A DNA stretch of 64,000 bases, from positions 162,459 through 226,458 of the forward strand of contig CAVPLL010000010.1 in assembly GCA_963706005.1 (NCBI GenBank), read 5' to 3'. The position numbers and the translations under genes were made by a program. Below, piece by piece: positions 1 to 10,034 of the stretch. The notes under the pieces were generated by a model. That model was not told where the DNA came from. It ran no database searches and was given only the letters and a program-made list of their open reading frames with translations. Positions within the stretch are counted from its first letter, which is position 1. Every line of letters begins with the position of its first letter. This DNA comes from an uncultured Actinomycetes bacterium (lineage in GTDB: Bacteria > Actinomycetota > UBA4738 > HRBIN12).

Positions 1-166
1 CGCGGCCGCCGACCGAGGCGACGGTGTTCGGGTCGGTCGGGAACCCGAGGGTCGCGGCCGTCGCGGGGTCGACCCGGACGTCGACCTGCGTGAGGAACGC
101 GAGCTCCCTCGAGCCCAGGCGGTCGAGGTCGGCCGAGCGCTCGTCGAGCGGGCTCCTAGCCGTCAC
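1..166 (-). CDS. soxG: sarcosine oxidase gamma subunit, N-terminal part (runs off window start)
   Basis: Minus-strand frame reads V/M-TARSPLDERSADLDRLGSRELAFLTQVDVRVDPATAATLGFPTDPNTVASVGGR, which resembles SoxG N-termini. A candidate GTG start overlaps the soxA stop by 11 nt. Not in the ORF track because it is truncated. Confidence 0.5.
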   Translation of the reverse strand, partial: MTARSPLDERSADLDRLGSRELAFLTQVDVRVDPATAATLGFPTDPNTVASVGGR

Positions 167-2774
167 GGCGCGCACCCTCGGGGTCGTACAGGATCGGGGA
201 CGTCACCGTGCAGGCGATCGTCCCCTCGGGGACCGGCGCGTAGATCGTTCGGCCGCGCATCGCGTGCCCGCCCTCGAGCATCGCGAGCGCGAACGTGCGC
301 TCGAGCGCGGGGCTCCGATACGAGGAGGTCACGTGGCCGGCTAGCTCCATCGGGATCTCGGCGTCGTCGTCGAGCACCAGTTGCGCGCCCTCGGAGAGCA
401 GGGTCCCCGTGCCGACGGGCAGGAGGCCGACGAGGTGCTTACGGTCGGGACGGACAGCGTCGGCGCGCCGGAGTGACCGGCGGCCGATGAAGTCGCCCTT
501 CGACGGGTTCACGATCCAGTCCATCCCGAGATCGGCGGGGGTTACGCTCCCGTCCGTGTCCTGTCCGACGATCACGTAGCCCTTCTCGGCGCGGAGCACG
601 TGCATCGCCTCCGTCCCGTACGGCTCGATCCCGAAGGGCTGGCCGGCCGCCATCACGGCCTCCCAGATCTCGAGCCCGTGCCATGCCGGCACGTGGAGCT
701 CGTACGCCAGCTCGCCCGAGAAGCTCACGCGGGCGAGGCGGGTCCGAACGCCGGCGACCTCCCCGTCCCGGAAGGTCATGAACGGGAAGGCCTCGCGCGA
801 CAGGTCGACGCCGGTCCCCGCGGCCGAGACCACCTCGCGCGCGCGAGGCCCGTTGACCGCGACGACCGCCCACTGTTCGGTGACGCTGGTGCAGTACACG
901 CGGAGGTCGGGCCACTCCGTCTGGAGCCACTCCTCGAAACGGTCGAGCACGGTCGCCGCCCCCCCCGTGGTGGTCGTGACCAGATATCGGTCCTCGGCTA
1001 CGCGCATGGCCACGCCGTCGTCCAGGACCATCCCGTCGAGGCCGAGCATCAGCCCGTACCGGATGGCCCCGACCGCCAGGTTCGACATCCGGTTCGTGTA
1101 CATGCGGTCGAGGAAGGCCGGGGCGTCCGGCCCGACCACCTCGATCTTGCCGAGCGTGGACGCGTCCATGGCCCCGACGGCGTTGCGGACGGCTAGGCAC
1201 TCGCGTTGGACCGCGCCCCCCATCGGCTCGCCGGCGCGAGGGAAGTACCACGGGCGCTTCCACTGCCCGACGTTCTCGAACGCGGCGCCGCGCTCGACGT
1301 GCCACCGGTGGATGGGCGTTGTCCGGATGGGATCGAGGAGGTCGCCGCCGTAGGGACCCGCGACGCTCGCGTACGAGACCGGCATCGCCGGCGGCCTTGC
1401 GTTCGAGGGTCCCTGCCACCCTGGTCCGACGCCGAGCATCGAGTTCACGACCTCGGCGGTCATGACGCCGCTCGTGCGTCCCTGGTCGATCGCCGTGCCG
1501 ATATACGTCGCGCGCTTCACATGCTCGACCGAACGCAGGCCGCCCTCGAGCGCCGCGGCGATGTCGGCGACCGTCTGGTCCCGCTGGAGGTCGACGAAGT
1601 GTCGCGAGTAGTCGTCGGCGGGCACGAACCAGTACGGCCGGTCGTTGGCGACCTCGCCCGCGGCCGAGCCGACGACCGAGAGCCACGGTGGCCCCTCGGT
1701 CGGGACGAACGCGCTGATCCCCTCGTCGAAGCGAACGCCGCCACCGATGGCGCGCCAAAGCGCGAGGTTGGGATCCCAGCCGCCCGAGACGAGCAGTGAG
1801 TCGCACTCGATCGTCCGTCGATCACCGTCGGGTCCCTCGAGATCAACCGCCTCGAGCCGCCGGTCGCCCTCGGTCCCGGCTACCACCCACCCACGCAGCA
1901 CCTCGGCATCCTTCGCGTGCCCGGTGTCGGGGTCGCTCCCACTGAGGTCCGCGATCGCGGGCACCTCGCCCCCGTGCGCGACGAGGTTCGACGCCGCGCC
2001 ATATGCGTTCGCCCGCGCGGTGAACAGGACCGTGCGCGAGCCGACCAGCACCCCGTGCTCGAGCAGGTAGAGCCACGAGGCGTACGCGAGCATCACGCCC
2101 GGCCGGTCGTTGTCGGCGAACGCGATCGTTCGCTCGAACGCGCCGGTGGCGAGGATCACACGCCGTGCGCGGACGTGCCAGAGCCGGTCGAGCTCGTCCG
2201 CGCGCTCGAGCACGGTGACGAACCCGTCGTCGTACAGACCGAGCGCCGTCGCGCGCGTGAGGTACGTAACGCCCTCGGCCCGGAAGTCGCCGCCGGCGCC
2301 CCGCTCGATCGTCCGATGTTGCTCGACGAGCATCACGCGTTCCCCACGCGCGGCGGCGTCGCGGGCCGGGTAGAAGCCGTCGTGCCCGCTCCCCACGACG
2401 AGCAGCTCGACGTGCGCGTTCCGGTGCTCGACGAGGCGGCCGCGCGGCGCATCGCCGCGGAGGCGCCCGACGCCGGGACGGCTCTGGACCACCATGCCGT
2501 CGACGACGTCCACCATGGTCGCGGCGACGATCGGATCGAACCACGGCTCCGAGATCTCGACGAACGCGTTCGGCTCCTCGGCGCCCGCCGAGAAGACGCC
2601 GCGCGGGCGCCCGAGGATCGGGCTGCGGAACGGTGCTTCGATCCCGTTCGCGAGGATCGCGCTCGCGATCGTGTCGCCCACGAACGCCGGGACCACCTCG
2701 CCGTCGAACATGAACAAGATCGGCTTGGCGCGGTCGATCCACGAACCGCCGGACGCGAGCCGACCCGCGGTCAC
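156..2774 (-). CDS. soxA: sarcosine oxidase alpha subunit (heterotetrameric form)
   Basis: 872-aa ORF. N-terminal FAD/NAD-binding region. C-terminal aminomethyltransferase (GcvT) folate-binding domain with GQDTDGSVTP and YELHVP motifs typical of SoxA. Sits in a soxBDAG context. Confidence 0.9.
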   Translation of the reverse strand: MTAGRLASGGSWIDRAKPILFMFDGEVVPAFVGDTIASAILANGIEAPFRSPILGRPRGVFSAGAEEPNAFVEISEPWFDPIVAATMVDVVDGMVVQSRPGVGRLRGDAPRGRLVEHRNAHVELLVVGSGHDGFYPARDAAARGERVMLVEQHRTIERGAGGDFRAEGVTYLTRATALGLYDDGFVTVLERADELDRLWHVRARRVILATGAFERTIAFADNDRPGVMLAYASWLYLLEHGVLVGSRTVLFTARANAYGAASNLVAHGGEVPAIADLSGSDPDTGHAKDAEVLRGWVVAGTEGDRRLEAVDLEGPDGDRRTIECDSLLVSGGWDPNLALWRAIGGGVRFDEGISAFVPTEGPPWLSVVGSAAGEVANDRPYWFVPADDYSRHFVDLQRDQTVADIAAALEGGLRSVEHVKRATYIGTAIDQGRTSGVMTAEVVNSMLGVGPGWQGPSNARPPAMPVSYASVAGPYGGDLLDPIRTTPIHRWHVERGAAFENVGQWKRPWYFPRAGEPMGGAVQRECLAVRNAVGAMDASTLGKIEVVGPDAPAFLDRMYTNRMSNLAVGAIRYGLMLGLDGMVLDDGVAMRVAEDRYLVTTTTGGAATVLDRFEEWLQTEWPDLRVYCTSVTEQWAVVAVNGPRAREVVSAAGTGVDLSREAFPFMTFRDGEVAGVRTRLARVSFSGELAYELHVPAWHGLEIWEAVMAAGQPFGIEPYGTEAMHVLRAEKGYVIVGQDTDGSVTPADLGMDWIVNPSKGDFIGRRSLRRADAVRPDRKHLVGLLPVGTGTLLSEGAQLVLDDDAEIPMELAGHVTSSYRSPALERTFALAMLEGGHAMRGRTIYAPVPEGTIACTVTSPILYDPEGARRDG

Positions 2775-2784
2775 GTGCGGAGCC

Positions 2785-3177
2785 TCAGCGCTCGGGCGGT
2801 TCCTCCACGTGCCGGAAGCCGGAGCACACGACGCTCATCCGGGTGATGCGACCGTCCGAGGCGTCGAGGAAGCTGTGCTGCTCGACCACGTGCATCCCGT
2901 CGTCGTTCTCGACCCGCATCCGGTACGAGAGGTGGTGCCGGTCCGCGAACGGCTCGACCCGGACCTCCACCACCTCGCGGACGTGATCCGTCGGCTCGAA
3001 CCAGTTGGCGAGCACGACCTCGGCGACCTCCTCGGGCGTCGTCGCGCGCCACTCGTAGCTTGGGGTGAGCCCCCGGAAGTCGATCTGCGGGTCGAAGACC
3101 GACATCAGGCCGTCGCGGTCCTTCGTCGCGATCGAGTCCACGAAGGCTCGCGCCAGTCGGTCCGCGCCGCCGTCCAT
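2785..3177 (-). CDS. NTF2-like/SnoaL-like small protein inserted between soxD and soxA
   Basis: 130-aa ORF tightly packed in the sox operon. LARAFVDSIATKDRDGLMSVFDPQIDF resembles an NTF2-like fold N-terminus. No stronger assignment is possible. Confidence 0.45.
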   Translation of the reverse strand: MDGGADRLARAFVDSIATKDRDGLMSVFDPQIDFRGLTPSYEWRATTPEEVAEVVLANWFEPTDHVREVVEVRVEPFADRHHLSYRMRVENDDGMHVVEQHSFLDASDGRITRMSVVCSGFRHVEEPPER

Positions 3178-3222
3178 GGGTATCGACCCTAGCCCGCTGA
3201 ACCGCCGAGGGGAAGCCGAGCG

Positions 3223-3495
3223 TCATCGGTCGTCCCCGGCGGGGTCGGGGGAGGTCTCCAGGAAGCCGTGGGTCGCCGTGTCGCGCACCGCGTCGAACCA
3301 CCGGCGGCATCCGGCGACGTGGTACCAGCGCTCGGCGAACGCGCCCTTGGGGTTGTCGCGCATGAAGAGGAAGTCGGCCCACTCCTCGTCCGACAGGGCC
3401 TCGGGATCGGCCGGGTACGCGATCCCGGCCTGCCCACCGTAGCGGAACTCGAGCTCCTCGCGCGGGCCGCACCACGGGCAGGGGACGAGCAGCAT
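3223..3495 (-). CDS. soxD: sarcosine oxidase delta subunit
   Basis: 90 aa. MLLVPCPWCGPREE...RDNPKG matches the SoxD family (Cys-x2-Cys N-terminus). Lies between soxB and soxA. Confidence 0.8.
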   Translation of the reverse strand: MLLVPCPWCGPREELEFRYGGQAGIAYPADPEALSDEEWADFLFMRDNPKGAFAERWYHVAGCRRWFDAVRDTATHGFLETSPDPAGDDR

Positions 3496-3840
3496 TCAGA
3501 CCGCCTCGGCCTCGTCGAACGCCTGAACCAGCCGCTTCGGCGCGGTGAGCCTCCACGCCTCGGTGACGAGCTCGCGCAGCTCGTCGGGGTCGACCGTGCG
3601 GATCCGGACCCCGACCCACCCGCTCGGTCCCACGTAGGGCGGGACGAAGAACGTGTCCGGGTCCATCGCGGTCAACGCCTTCTGCTCATCGTGGGTCGAC
3701 TTGATCCACAGCTCGCGTTCACGCTCGGCGAACATCACGAAGATCTTGTTGCGGACGCGGAACGTCGCCGTCTCCCAGGTCTCCCGCTCCTCGGCGTCGG
3801 GGAGCTCCAGCGCGATCCGTCGCACCGTCCGGGCCTGCAT
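3496..3840 (-). CDS. MmcQ/YjbR-family putative DNA-binding protein
   Basis: Internal start [18 protein letters not shown]...TFRVRNKIFVMF is typical of MmcQ/YjbR. Its ATG overlaps the soxB stop (ATGA). Its stop abuts the soxD start. Confidence 0.55.
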   Translation of the reverse strand: MQARTVRRIALELPDAEERETWETATFRVRNKIFVMFAERERELWIKSTHDEQKALTAMDPDTFFVPPYVGPSGWVGVRIRTVDPDELRELVTEAWRLTAPKRLVQAFDEAEAV

Positions 3841-5042
3841 CAGTGCGCCACCCCCGCGGCGCCGTGCTCGTCGATCAGCGCGCCGGTCGTGAACCGCTCG
3901 AGCGCGTAGGGCCTCGCCAGCGGCCCGGGCTCGGCACGAGCGATCAGGTCCGCGAACACCCACCCCGACCCGGGCGTCGCCTTGAACCCGCCGGTGCCCC
4001 AGCCGCAGTTGAGGTACAGGTTCTCGACCGGGGTCGTCGAGATGATCGGTGAGGCATCCGGGCAGACGTCGACGATCCCGCCCCAGGTCCGCAGCAGCTT
4101 GGCGTGCGCGAAGATCGGGAACAGCTCGATCGCGGCGGCCAGCTGGTGCTCGATCACGTGGAACGAACCCCGTTGCGCGTACCCGTTGTAGGGGTCGATC
4201 CCCGCGCCCATCACGAGCTCGCCCTTGTCCGCCTGCGACACGTACACGTGCACCGCGTTCGACATCACGACGCAGCCGAGCACCGGCTCGAGCAGGACCG
4301 AGACGAGCGCCTGGAGGGGGTGCGATTGCACCGGGAGCCGGAGACCGACCATCTGGGCGAGCACGCTCGTGTGACCGGCCGCCACGAGTCCGACCTTGCC
4401 CGCGGCGATGTCGCCCCGCGTCGTCCGAACGCCCTCGACGCGCCCGCCGGCTCCGCGGACGAACCCCGTCACCTCGCAGTGCTCGACGATGTCGACGCCG
4501 AGCTCACTCGCCCGCGTCGCGTACGCCCAGGCGACCTTGTCGTGGCGGGCGACGCCCCCCCGGCGCTGGAGCGTGGCACCGAGCACCGGGTGCCGGACGC
4601 CGGGCGAGGTGTTCACGATCGGGCAGAACGCCTTCACGTCGTCGGGCTCCAGCCACTCGGCGTCGATCCCGCTCAGACGGTTCGCGTGCAGCCGCCGCAT
4701 CGAGGAGCGGACGTCGCCGAGGGAGTGCGCGAGGTTCAGGACGCCGCGCTGGCTGAACCGGAGGTCGGAGCCAAGGTCCTGCTCGAGCCCCTCCCAGAGC
4801 TTGAGCGAGTGCTCGTAGATCGCCGAGCTCTCGTCCCAGAGGTAGTTCGAGCGGATCACCGTGGTGTTGCGGGCCATGTTGCCGCCGGCGAGCCAGCCCT
4901 TCTCCACGACGCAGACGTCGGTGATCCCGTGGTTCGTGGCAAGGTAGTACGCGGTGGACAGGCCGTGGCCTCCGCCGCCGACGATCACGACGTCGTAGGC
5001 ACGCTTGGGCTCTGCGGCTCGCCAGTAGGTGGGTCGGGCCAT
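3840..5042 (-). CDS. soxB: sarcosine oxidase beta subunit
   Basis: [18 protein letters not shown] Rossmann motif and homology to MSOX/SoxB. The likely true start is the internal [19 protein letters not shown] (ATG at 5042). The track's 5216 start adds a low-complexity Arg/Gly extension. Confidence 0.85.
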   Translation of the reverse strand: MARPTYWRAAEPKRAYDVVIVGGGGHGLSTAYYLATNHGITDVCVVEKGWLAGGNMARNTTVIRSNYLWDESSAIYEHSLKLWEGLEQDLGSDLRFSQRGVLNLAHSLGDVRSSMRRLHANRLSGIDAEWLEPDDVKAFCPIVNTSPGVRHPVLGATLQRRGGVARHDKVAWAYATRASELGVDIVEHCEVTGFVRGAGGRVEGVRTTRGDIAAGKVGLVAAGHTSVLAQMVGLRLPVQSHPLQALVSVLLEPVLGCVVMSNAVHVYVSQADKGELVMGAGIDPYNGYAQRGSFHVIEHQLAAAIELFPIFAHAKLLRTWGGIVDVCPDASPIISTTPVENLYLNCGWGTGGFKATPGSGWVFADLIARAEPGPLARPYALERFTTGALIDEHGAAGVAH

Positions 5043-5161
5043 ACGCAGATTGTGCACAAGGGCATGGCCGGCTGCTTTCGGCGCGGCGCGGGTACCATCG
5101 CCCGACGGCCGCCCGACGTCGCCACGCCGCCCGCTCGAAGAGGAGTCGCCGTCGCCTCCTC

Positions 5162-5605
5162 GTGGTCGGCGTGGCCGCCGTGGCGCTAGTCGCGGGAGGC
5201 GTCGGGTACGTCGCACTCTCCGGTCCGTCCATCGTGGTCCCCGACGACCCGTGCGCCGAGCGGCCCCCGCTGCGCGACGTCGACGGCGTCCGGCTCCAGC
5301 CGGTCGCGATGCGTGCGTTCCTGCAGGCGCAGCGAGATGCGGGCGTGCCGATCCCGGTCGTGCAGAGCTACCGCTCGTGCGCGGCCCAACGGGAAGCGTG
5401 CCGTTCGATCTGCGGGAACACCCAGGGATGTCCGGACCGCTGCGCCCCGCCGGGATCGTCCTGGCACCAGCTCGGCGCAGCGATCGACATCACGCAGGAG
5501 GGCGTGGACCAGCCCGCGATCGTGACGGCGCTCGAGGACAACGGCTGGTGCCAGTCGTTACCCGGGAGCGACCCGGGTCACTTCTCGTTCGACGGGTGCC
5601 ACTGA
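5162..5605 (+). CDS. peptidase M15 family (D-Ala-D-Ala carboxypeptidase/VanY-like), membrane anchored
   Basis: N-terminal hydrophobic segment. [11 protein letters not shown] motif (SxHxxGxAxD zinc site of the LAS/M15 family). Confidence 0.55.
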   Translation: MVGVAAVALVAGGVGYVALSGPSIVVPDDPCAERPPLRDVDGVRLQPVAMRAFLQAQRDAGVPIPVVQSYRSCAAQREACRSICGNTQGCPDRCAPPGSSWHQLGAAIDITQEGVDQPAIVTALEDNGWCQSLPGSDPGHFSFDGCH

Positions 5606-5615
5606 CCATGCGGAC

Positions 5616-6620
5616 TCACGGTGCGAAAAGCTGGTCGAGGCGCTCGGCGATCGGCCACGCGCCTTCGTTCGTGTTCGACAGCACCGTGGTCGTCAAGCGA
5701 ACGTTCGGGTCGTGCGCGGTCCGGAACGACACGCCCGCGTCGTAGCCGTGCAGCTCGACCACGTCGCCCGACGCGGCCAGCCAGAACCCAAGACCGTAGC
5801 GGGCCTCCTTCGGCGGGACGTCGCTGTGAGGACGCACCATCTCCTCAACTCGGTCCTTCGGGACGATCCGCCCTTCGAAAAGGGCGATCCAGAACGCTCG
5901 GACGTCGCCCGCGGTCGAGTAGATGCCGCCGTCCCCGGCTCCCCGGACCGGGAGATGGAGCACGTTCGTCCGGTCGCCGTCGACGTCGAGGTAGCCGAGC
6001 GCCGTCCGGCTCGGAAGCTCGTCGGAGCGCAGGAACGCTGTGTCCGCCATCCCTGCGGGGTCGCACACGCGTTGCACGACGAGGTCGTGGAACGGCGTTC
6101 CGGCGATGCGCTCCGTGATCAGCGCCAGGACGACATACCCCCCGTTGCAGTACGAGAAGCGCTCGCCCGGAGGGAACTTGGTCGGGTGGCCGTCGAGGAC
6201 GACGAGGTGGCCCTCGATCGTGGCGAGCTCGTGCACCGGGACGTCGAGGACATAGTCGGTGATGGGCCGATCGATCTCCTCGTCGAAGTAGTCGCCGATG
6301 CCTGAACGGTGGGCGAGGAGCTGCTCCACCGTCACGGCGTCGTCGATCAGGGGCAGGTCGGCCCCGAGCACCGAGCGGGCGGTCGTGGTCGGCGAGAGCC
6401 GCCCCTCTTGGATGAGGGTCATCACCGTCAGGGCCGTCAGCCCCTTGGTCCCGCTTGCGATCGCGAATCGCGTGTCCATCGTGTTCGCGACCCCGAACCC
6501 TCGATGCGCCCACCCGTAGGCCTTGGCGAACACGACGTCCTCGCCCCGGTCGACTCGCACGACGCCGGAGAATCGGGTCTCGGCCGCGATGGTGCCGATG
6601 GACCCCTCCAGGTCACGCAT
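5616..6620 (-). CDS. serine hydrolase, beta-lactamase family
   Basis: ASGTKGLT (SxxK) motif. Esterase/penicillin-binding-protein fold. Likely start MRDLEGSIG. The track start 6713 would overlap the divergent gene. Confidence 0.7.
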   Translation of the reverse strand: MRDLEGSIGTIAAETRFSGVVRVDRGEDVVFAKAYGWAHRGFGVANTMDTRFAIASGTKGLTALTVMTLIQEGRLSPTTTARSVLGADLPLIDDAVTVEQLLAHRSGIGDYFDEEIDRPITDYVLDVPVHELATIEGHLVVLDGHPTKFPPGERFSYCNGGYVVLALITERIAGTPFHDLVVQRVCDPAGMADTAFLRSDELPSRTALGYLDVDGDRTNVLHLPVRGAGDGGIYSTAGDVRAFWIALFEGRIVPKDRVEEMVRPHSDVPPKEARYGLGFWLAASGDVVELHGYDAGVSFRTAHDPNVRLTTTVLSNTNEGAWPIAERLDQLFAP

Positions 6621-6711
6621 CCGGGGAGTGTAGGTCCGGCTCGCACAGGCCCCGGCCGCGACCGCCGGCTTCGGGCTTGCGCTCGGATTGAACGACGAGT
6701 CAAACTGTGGC

Positions 6712-7767
6712 ATGGAGCGTCCGGAGACGCTCGTCTGGGACGCCTACGCCCGAGCGCTCCCCTCGATGCTCGACGCCGTCGGTCGGACGCCGCTCGTGCG
6801 GCTGTCCCGGGTCGGTCCGGAAGGCCTCAGCCTGCTCGCGAAGATCGAGTGGTACGGGCCGACGGGTTCGACGAAGGACCGGATCTACCGCCACATGATC
6901 GAGCGCGCCGAGGAGCGAGGCGATCTCAAGCCCGGGATGACGATCGTGGAGTCCACGACGGGCAACGCCGGGATCGCATGCTCGGCGGTCGCCGCGATCA
7001 AGGGCTACTCCTGCGTCATCGTGATGCCTCGCGGCATGAGCCTGGAACGCAAGCGGATGATCGAGGCCTACGGCGCCGAGCTCGTCCTCACGCCCGGGGC
7101 GGGGACCGACATCGACCTCGCGATCGCGAAGATGCGCGAGATCGTCGCCACCGACCCCGAGCGCTACTTCGTGCCCGGGGAGTTCGAGAACCCCGACAAC
7201 CCGGACGCGCAGGCGATCTCGGGGGAGGAGATCTGGCGGCAGTGCGGCCGCCAGGTCGACGCCGTGGTGGCGGCGCAGGGGACCGGCGGCTGGATCACGG
7301 GGGTGGCCCGGGCGCTGAAGGCCTACGACCGGGCGATCCGCGCCTACGCGGTCGAACCGGCCGAGAGCCCGCTGATCTCCGAACAGCGCTGGGGCACCCA
7401 CGGGGTGCCCGGGATCGGCGACGGGATCGTGCCGCACAACCTGGATCTCTCGTTGATGGACGGGATCGTGAGCGCGTCGACGGACGAGGCGCTCGAGATG
7501 GCGCACCGCCTCGCTCGGGAGGAGGGGATCCTCGCCGGCCCGTCCGGTGGCATCAACGTCGTCTCCGCGCTCAAGGTGGCCGAGAAGCACCCGGAGTTCG
7601 CGACGATCGTCACCGCGGTGCCGGACACCGGACAGCGCTACCTCTCGGGCGAGCTGTTCGGCGAACCGCCAGACGAACCCAGCTCCCCCGAGCGGGACCA
7701 TTCGGTCGACCCAGACTCGCTCCGGCAGATCGAGGACAACCGCGACCGGCTCGAGTTCATCTCGTAG
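6712..7767 (+). CDS. PLP-dependent cysteine synthase family protein (CysK/CysM-like) with a C-terminal extension
   Basis: GSTKDR lysine motif. TTGNAGIA and GxGGxxTG glycine loops. Approximately 40-aa acidic C-terminal tail. Confidence 0.75.
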   Translation: MERPETLVWDAYARALPSMLDAVGRTPLVRLSRVGPEGLSLLAKIEWYGPTGSTKDRIYRHMIERAEERGDLKPGMTIVESTTGNAGIACSAVAAIKGYSCVIVMPRGMSLERKRMIEAYGAELVLTPGAGTDIDLAIAKMREIVATDPERYFVPGEFENPDNPDAQAISGEEIWRQCGRQVDAVVAAQGTGGWITGVARALKAYDRAIRAYAVEPAESPLISEQRWGTHGVPGIGDGIVPHNLDLSLMDGIVSASTDEALEMAHRLAREEGILAGPSGGINVVSALKVAEKHPEFATIVTAVPDTGQRYLSGELFGEPPDEPSSPERDHSVDPDSLRQIEDNRDRLEFIS

Positions 7768-7792
7768 AGTCGCGGGCGTGACGACCTACCCG

Positions 7793-8956
7793 ATGTCCGA
7801 CGCGGATCGCGAGATCCAGGAGCGCGCGCGGTCGTTCGTGGAGGCCGAGCTGATCCCGCACGAGCTCGAGGCCGAGATGCACGGAGGTCGGCTCTCGGAC
7901 GAGCTGCGGGAGCGGCATCACCGGATGGCGATCGAGCTCGGCCTGTGGGCCATGAACATGCCGGCGGAGCTCGGGGGCGGCGGGATGTCGATGTTCCAGC
8001 AGGTCCTAGTCTCCGAGCAGCTCGGCCGGGTCACGAACGCCCTCGGCTGGTGCGTCCACACGCCGGCCGCCTGGGCGCCGGCGGTCGTCTCGCCCGGGCA
8101 GCTGGAACGGTGGATCGTCCCGACCATCCGCGGCGAGCGCCACGAGTGCTACGCGATCACCGAGGCGGGCGCGGGCTCGGACATCGATGCGATCGAGGCC
8201 ACCGCCCGGCGTGAGGACGACGGGTACGTCCTGAACGGCACCAAGATGCACGTCACCTCGTACAACACGGCCGACTACCTCTTCGTCCAGGCCAAGATCG
8301 ACGGCGGACCGAACGCCGGCGTGCACGCGATGTTCCTCGTCGACAAGGACACGCCGGGCGTCCGCCTGGTCCGCGAACCGGCCTACACGCACACGTATGC
8401 CGACACGCACGCGGTCGTCGCGTTCGAGGACGTCCGCGTGCCGTCGGCGAACCTCGTCGGCGAGGAGGGCGACGGCCTCGGGTTCACCTACGAGTGGTTC
8501 CGGTACGAGCGGCTGATGATCGCCGCCCGCTGCTGCGGCGCCGCCGAACGCCTGATCGACGAGGCCACGGCGTTCGCGAAGGAGCGCGTGCAGTTCGGGA
8601 GGCCGATCATCGAGAACCAGGCGATCGCGCACATGCTCGCCGACTCCGTCACCGAGCTCTGGGCCGCGCGCCTGATGACGTACGAGCTCGCGAAGAACGT
8701 CGACCGCGGTGTGGATCTCAAGGTCCAGCACGCCCAGTGCTCGATGGCCAAGCTGTACTCGAGCGAGATGGCGGGCCGGGTGGCCGATCGTGCCGTCCAG
8801 ATCTTCGGTGGTCGCGGGTACATGCGCGAGAACGTCGCCGAACGCTTCTGGCGCGAGGTCCGGGTGGACCGGATCTGGGAGGGGACCTCCGAGATCCAGC
8901 GGAACATCGTCGCGGACCAGCTCGCCAAGCGGGGCGTCCGAACCCTGAGCGGCTGA
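7793..8956 (+). CDS. acyl-CoA dehydrogenase
   Basis: Internal start MSDADREIQERARSF. ACAD signatures include YAITEAGAGSD and QIFGGRGY...ERFWREVRVDRIWEGTSEIQ. The 5' part of the track ORF is read-through. Confidence 0.85.
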   Translation: MSDADREIQERARSFVEAELIPHELEAEMHGGRLSDELRERHHRMAIELGLWAMNMPAELGGGGMSMFQQVLVSEQLGRVTNALGWCVHTPAAWAPAVVSPGQLERWIVPTIRGERHECYAITEAGAGSDIDAIEATARREDDGYVLNGTKMHVTSYNTADYLFVQAKIDGGPNAGVHAMFLVDKDTPGVRLVREPAYTHTYADTHAVVAFEDVRVPSANLVGEEGDGLGFTYEWFRYERLMIAARCCGAAERLIDEATAFAKERVQFGRPIIENQAIAHMLADSVTELWAARLMTYELAKNVDRGVDLKVQHAQCSMAKLYSSEMAGRVADRAVQIFGGRGYMRENVAERFWREVRVDRIWEGTSEIQRNIVADQLAKRGVRTLSG

Positions 8957-8963
8957 GGGCGGT

Positions 8964-9554
8964 TCAGGGGTCGAACCGCATGAACCACAGCCGCGGTCCG
9001 TCGCCCGGCGCCCGCTCGTCGGCGACGACGCGGAAGGCGAGCCCCTCGTAGTACCCGACGTTGCGTGCGCGGGCTGTCTCGAGGAACGCCGGGACCCCAT
9101 CGCGCCGGGCGAGCGCGAGGCCGAACCCGACGAGCGCCTTCCCGAGGCCCTCGCCGCGCCGTTCGGGCACGACGGCGAGGTGATCGAGGAACCAATGCGG
9201 TTCGGGGGGCAGGTGACCCTCGATCCAATCCCAGAACGCCCGGTAGCGCACCCCGCCGTCGTCGGTCATCGCGTCGATCGCGTCGCGGGTCTGCATCTCG
9301 ATCTCCCGGTACCGCTGCTCGCCACCGGGGGGGATCCAGAGTGCGACCCCCGCCGCGTCGCCCGCCTCCCACAGCCAGCCGGTCTCGGCGAACCGCTCGT
9401 TCATGACCAGGAACAGCTCGCGACACCGCTCCTGCTGGCTGCCCTCGGTCGGGAACGGCCAGCGGACGATGGGATCGTCCGCGAACGAGCGGCCGAGCAG
9501 CTCCGCGAGCGCGGGCACGCGCTCGGGTCCAGCCGCGACGATCTCGACGCTCAT
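8964..9554 (-). CDS. GNAT family N-acetyltransferase
   Basis: 196 aa. HLAVVPERRGEGLGKALV acetyl-CoA binding motif. Confidence 0.7.
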   Translation of the reverse strand: MSVEIVAAGPERVPALAELLGRSFADDPIVRWPFPTEGSQQERCRELFLVMNERFAETGWLWEAGDAAGVALWIPPGGEQRYREIEMQTRDAIDAMTDDGGVRYRAFWDWIEGHLPPEPHWFLDHLAVVPERRGEGLGKALVGFGLALARRDGVPAFLETARARNVGYYEGLAFRVVADERAPGDGPRLWFMRFDP

Positions 9555-9579
9555 GCGAGGAAGACTAAGCTGAGGCTCG

Positions 9580-10023
9580 GTGGACGACCTTCGAACCGAG
9601 CACGCGCGCCGGGAGGCGGAGGGGTGGGCGGCGTTCGAGGACGCTCTGTCCCGCGTCCCGGAGGATCGGCTGACGGCTCCCGGCGTCCTGCCGGGCTGGA
9701 CGGCGAAGGAGATGCTCCATCACGTCACCGGGTGGATCCGCGAGTGCATCGGCCACCTGGAACGGATGCGGGACGGGACCTTCGTCGAACCCGAGGAGAC
9801 GGACGAGTGGGTGAACGCGTGCAACGCCGCGTTCGCGGACGAGGCCAGGTCGCTCGACGTCGCCTCGGTCCGGGCCGGGCTCGACGTCGCGCGGGACGAG
9901 ATCCTGCGCCGATGGCAGGACCTCCCCGAGATCGACGAGGTCGCCGTCGAGTGGTTCGCGGGCGAGACGTACGAGCACTACGAGGAGCACCTGCCGGACC
10001 TGCGGTCGGCGTCGGGCGCCTGA
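9580..10023 (+). CDS. DinB/ClbS-like four-helix-bundle protein (uncertain)
   Basis: 147 aa. WTAKEMLHHVTGW resembles the DinB_2/DUF1706 family. Weak assignment. Confidence 0.35.
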   Translation: MDDLRTEHARREAEGWAAFEDALSRVPEDRLTAPGVLPGWTAKEMLHHVTGWIRECIGHLERMRDGTFVEPEETDEWVNACNAAFADEARSLDVASVRAGLDVARDEILRRWQDLPEIDEVAVEWFAGETYEHYEEHLPDLRSASGA

Positions 10024-10034
10024 GCCTACCCGCC

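Noticed and set aside
439-2742. Long Arg/Gly/Pro-rich ORFs (439..1806-, 600..1196+, 1206..1799+, 1843..2742-, 1917..2846+) overlapping soxA
   Set aside because: These are alternative or antisense frames of a 70%-GC gene. Low-complexity RGRP composition and no domain signatures. soxA itself explains the region.
6309-7781. 490-aa '+' ORF and 333-aa '-' ORF (6700..7701) overlapping the cysteine-synthase-family gene
   Set aside because: Arg-rich nonsense composition. The in-frame PLP-enzyme motifs belong to 6712..7767.
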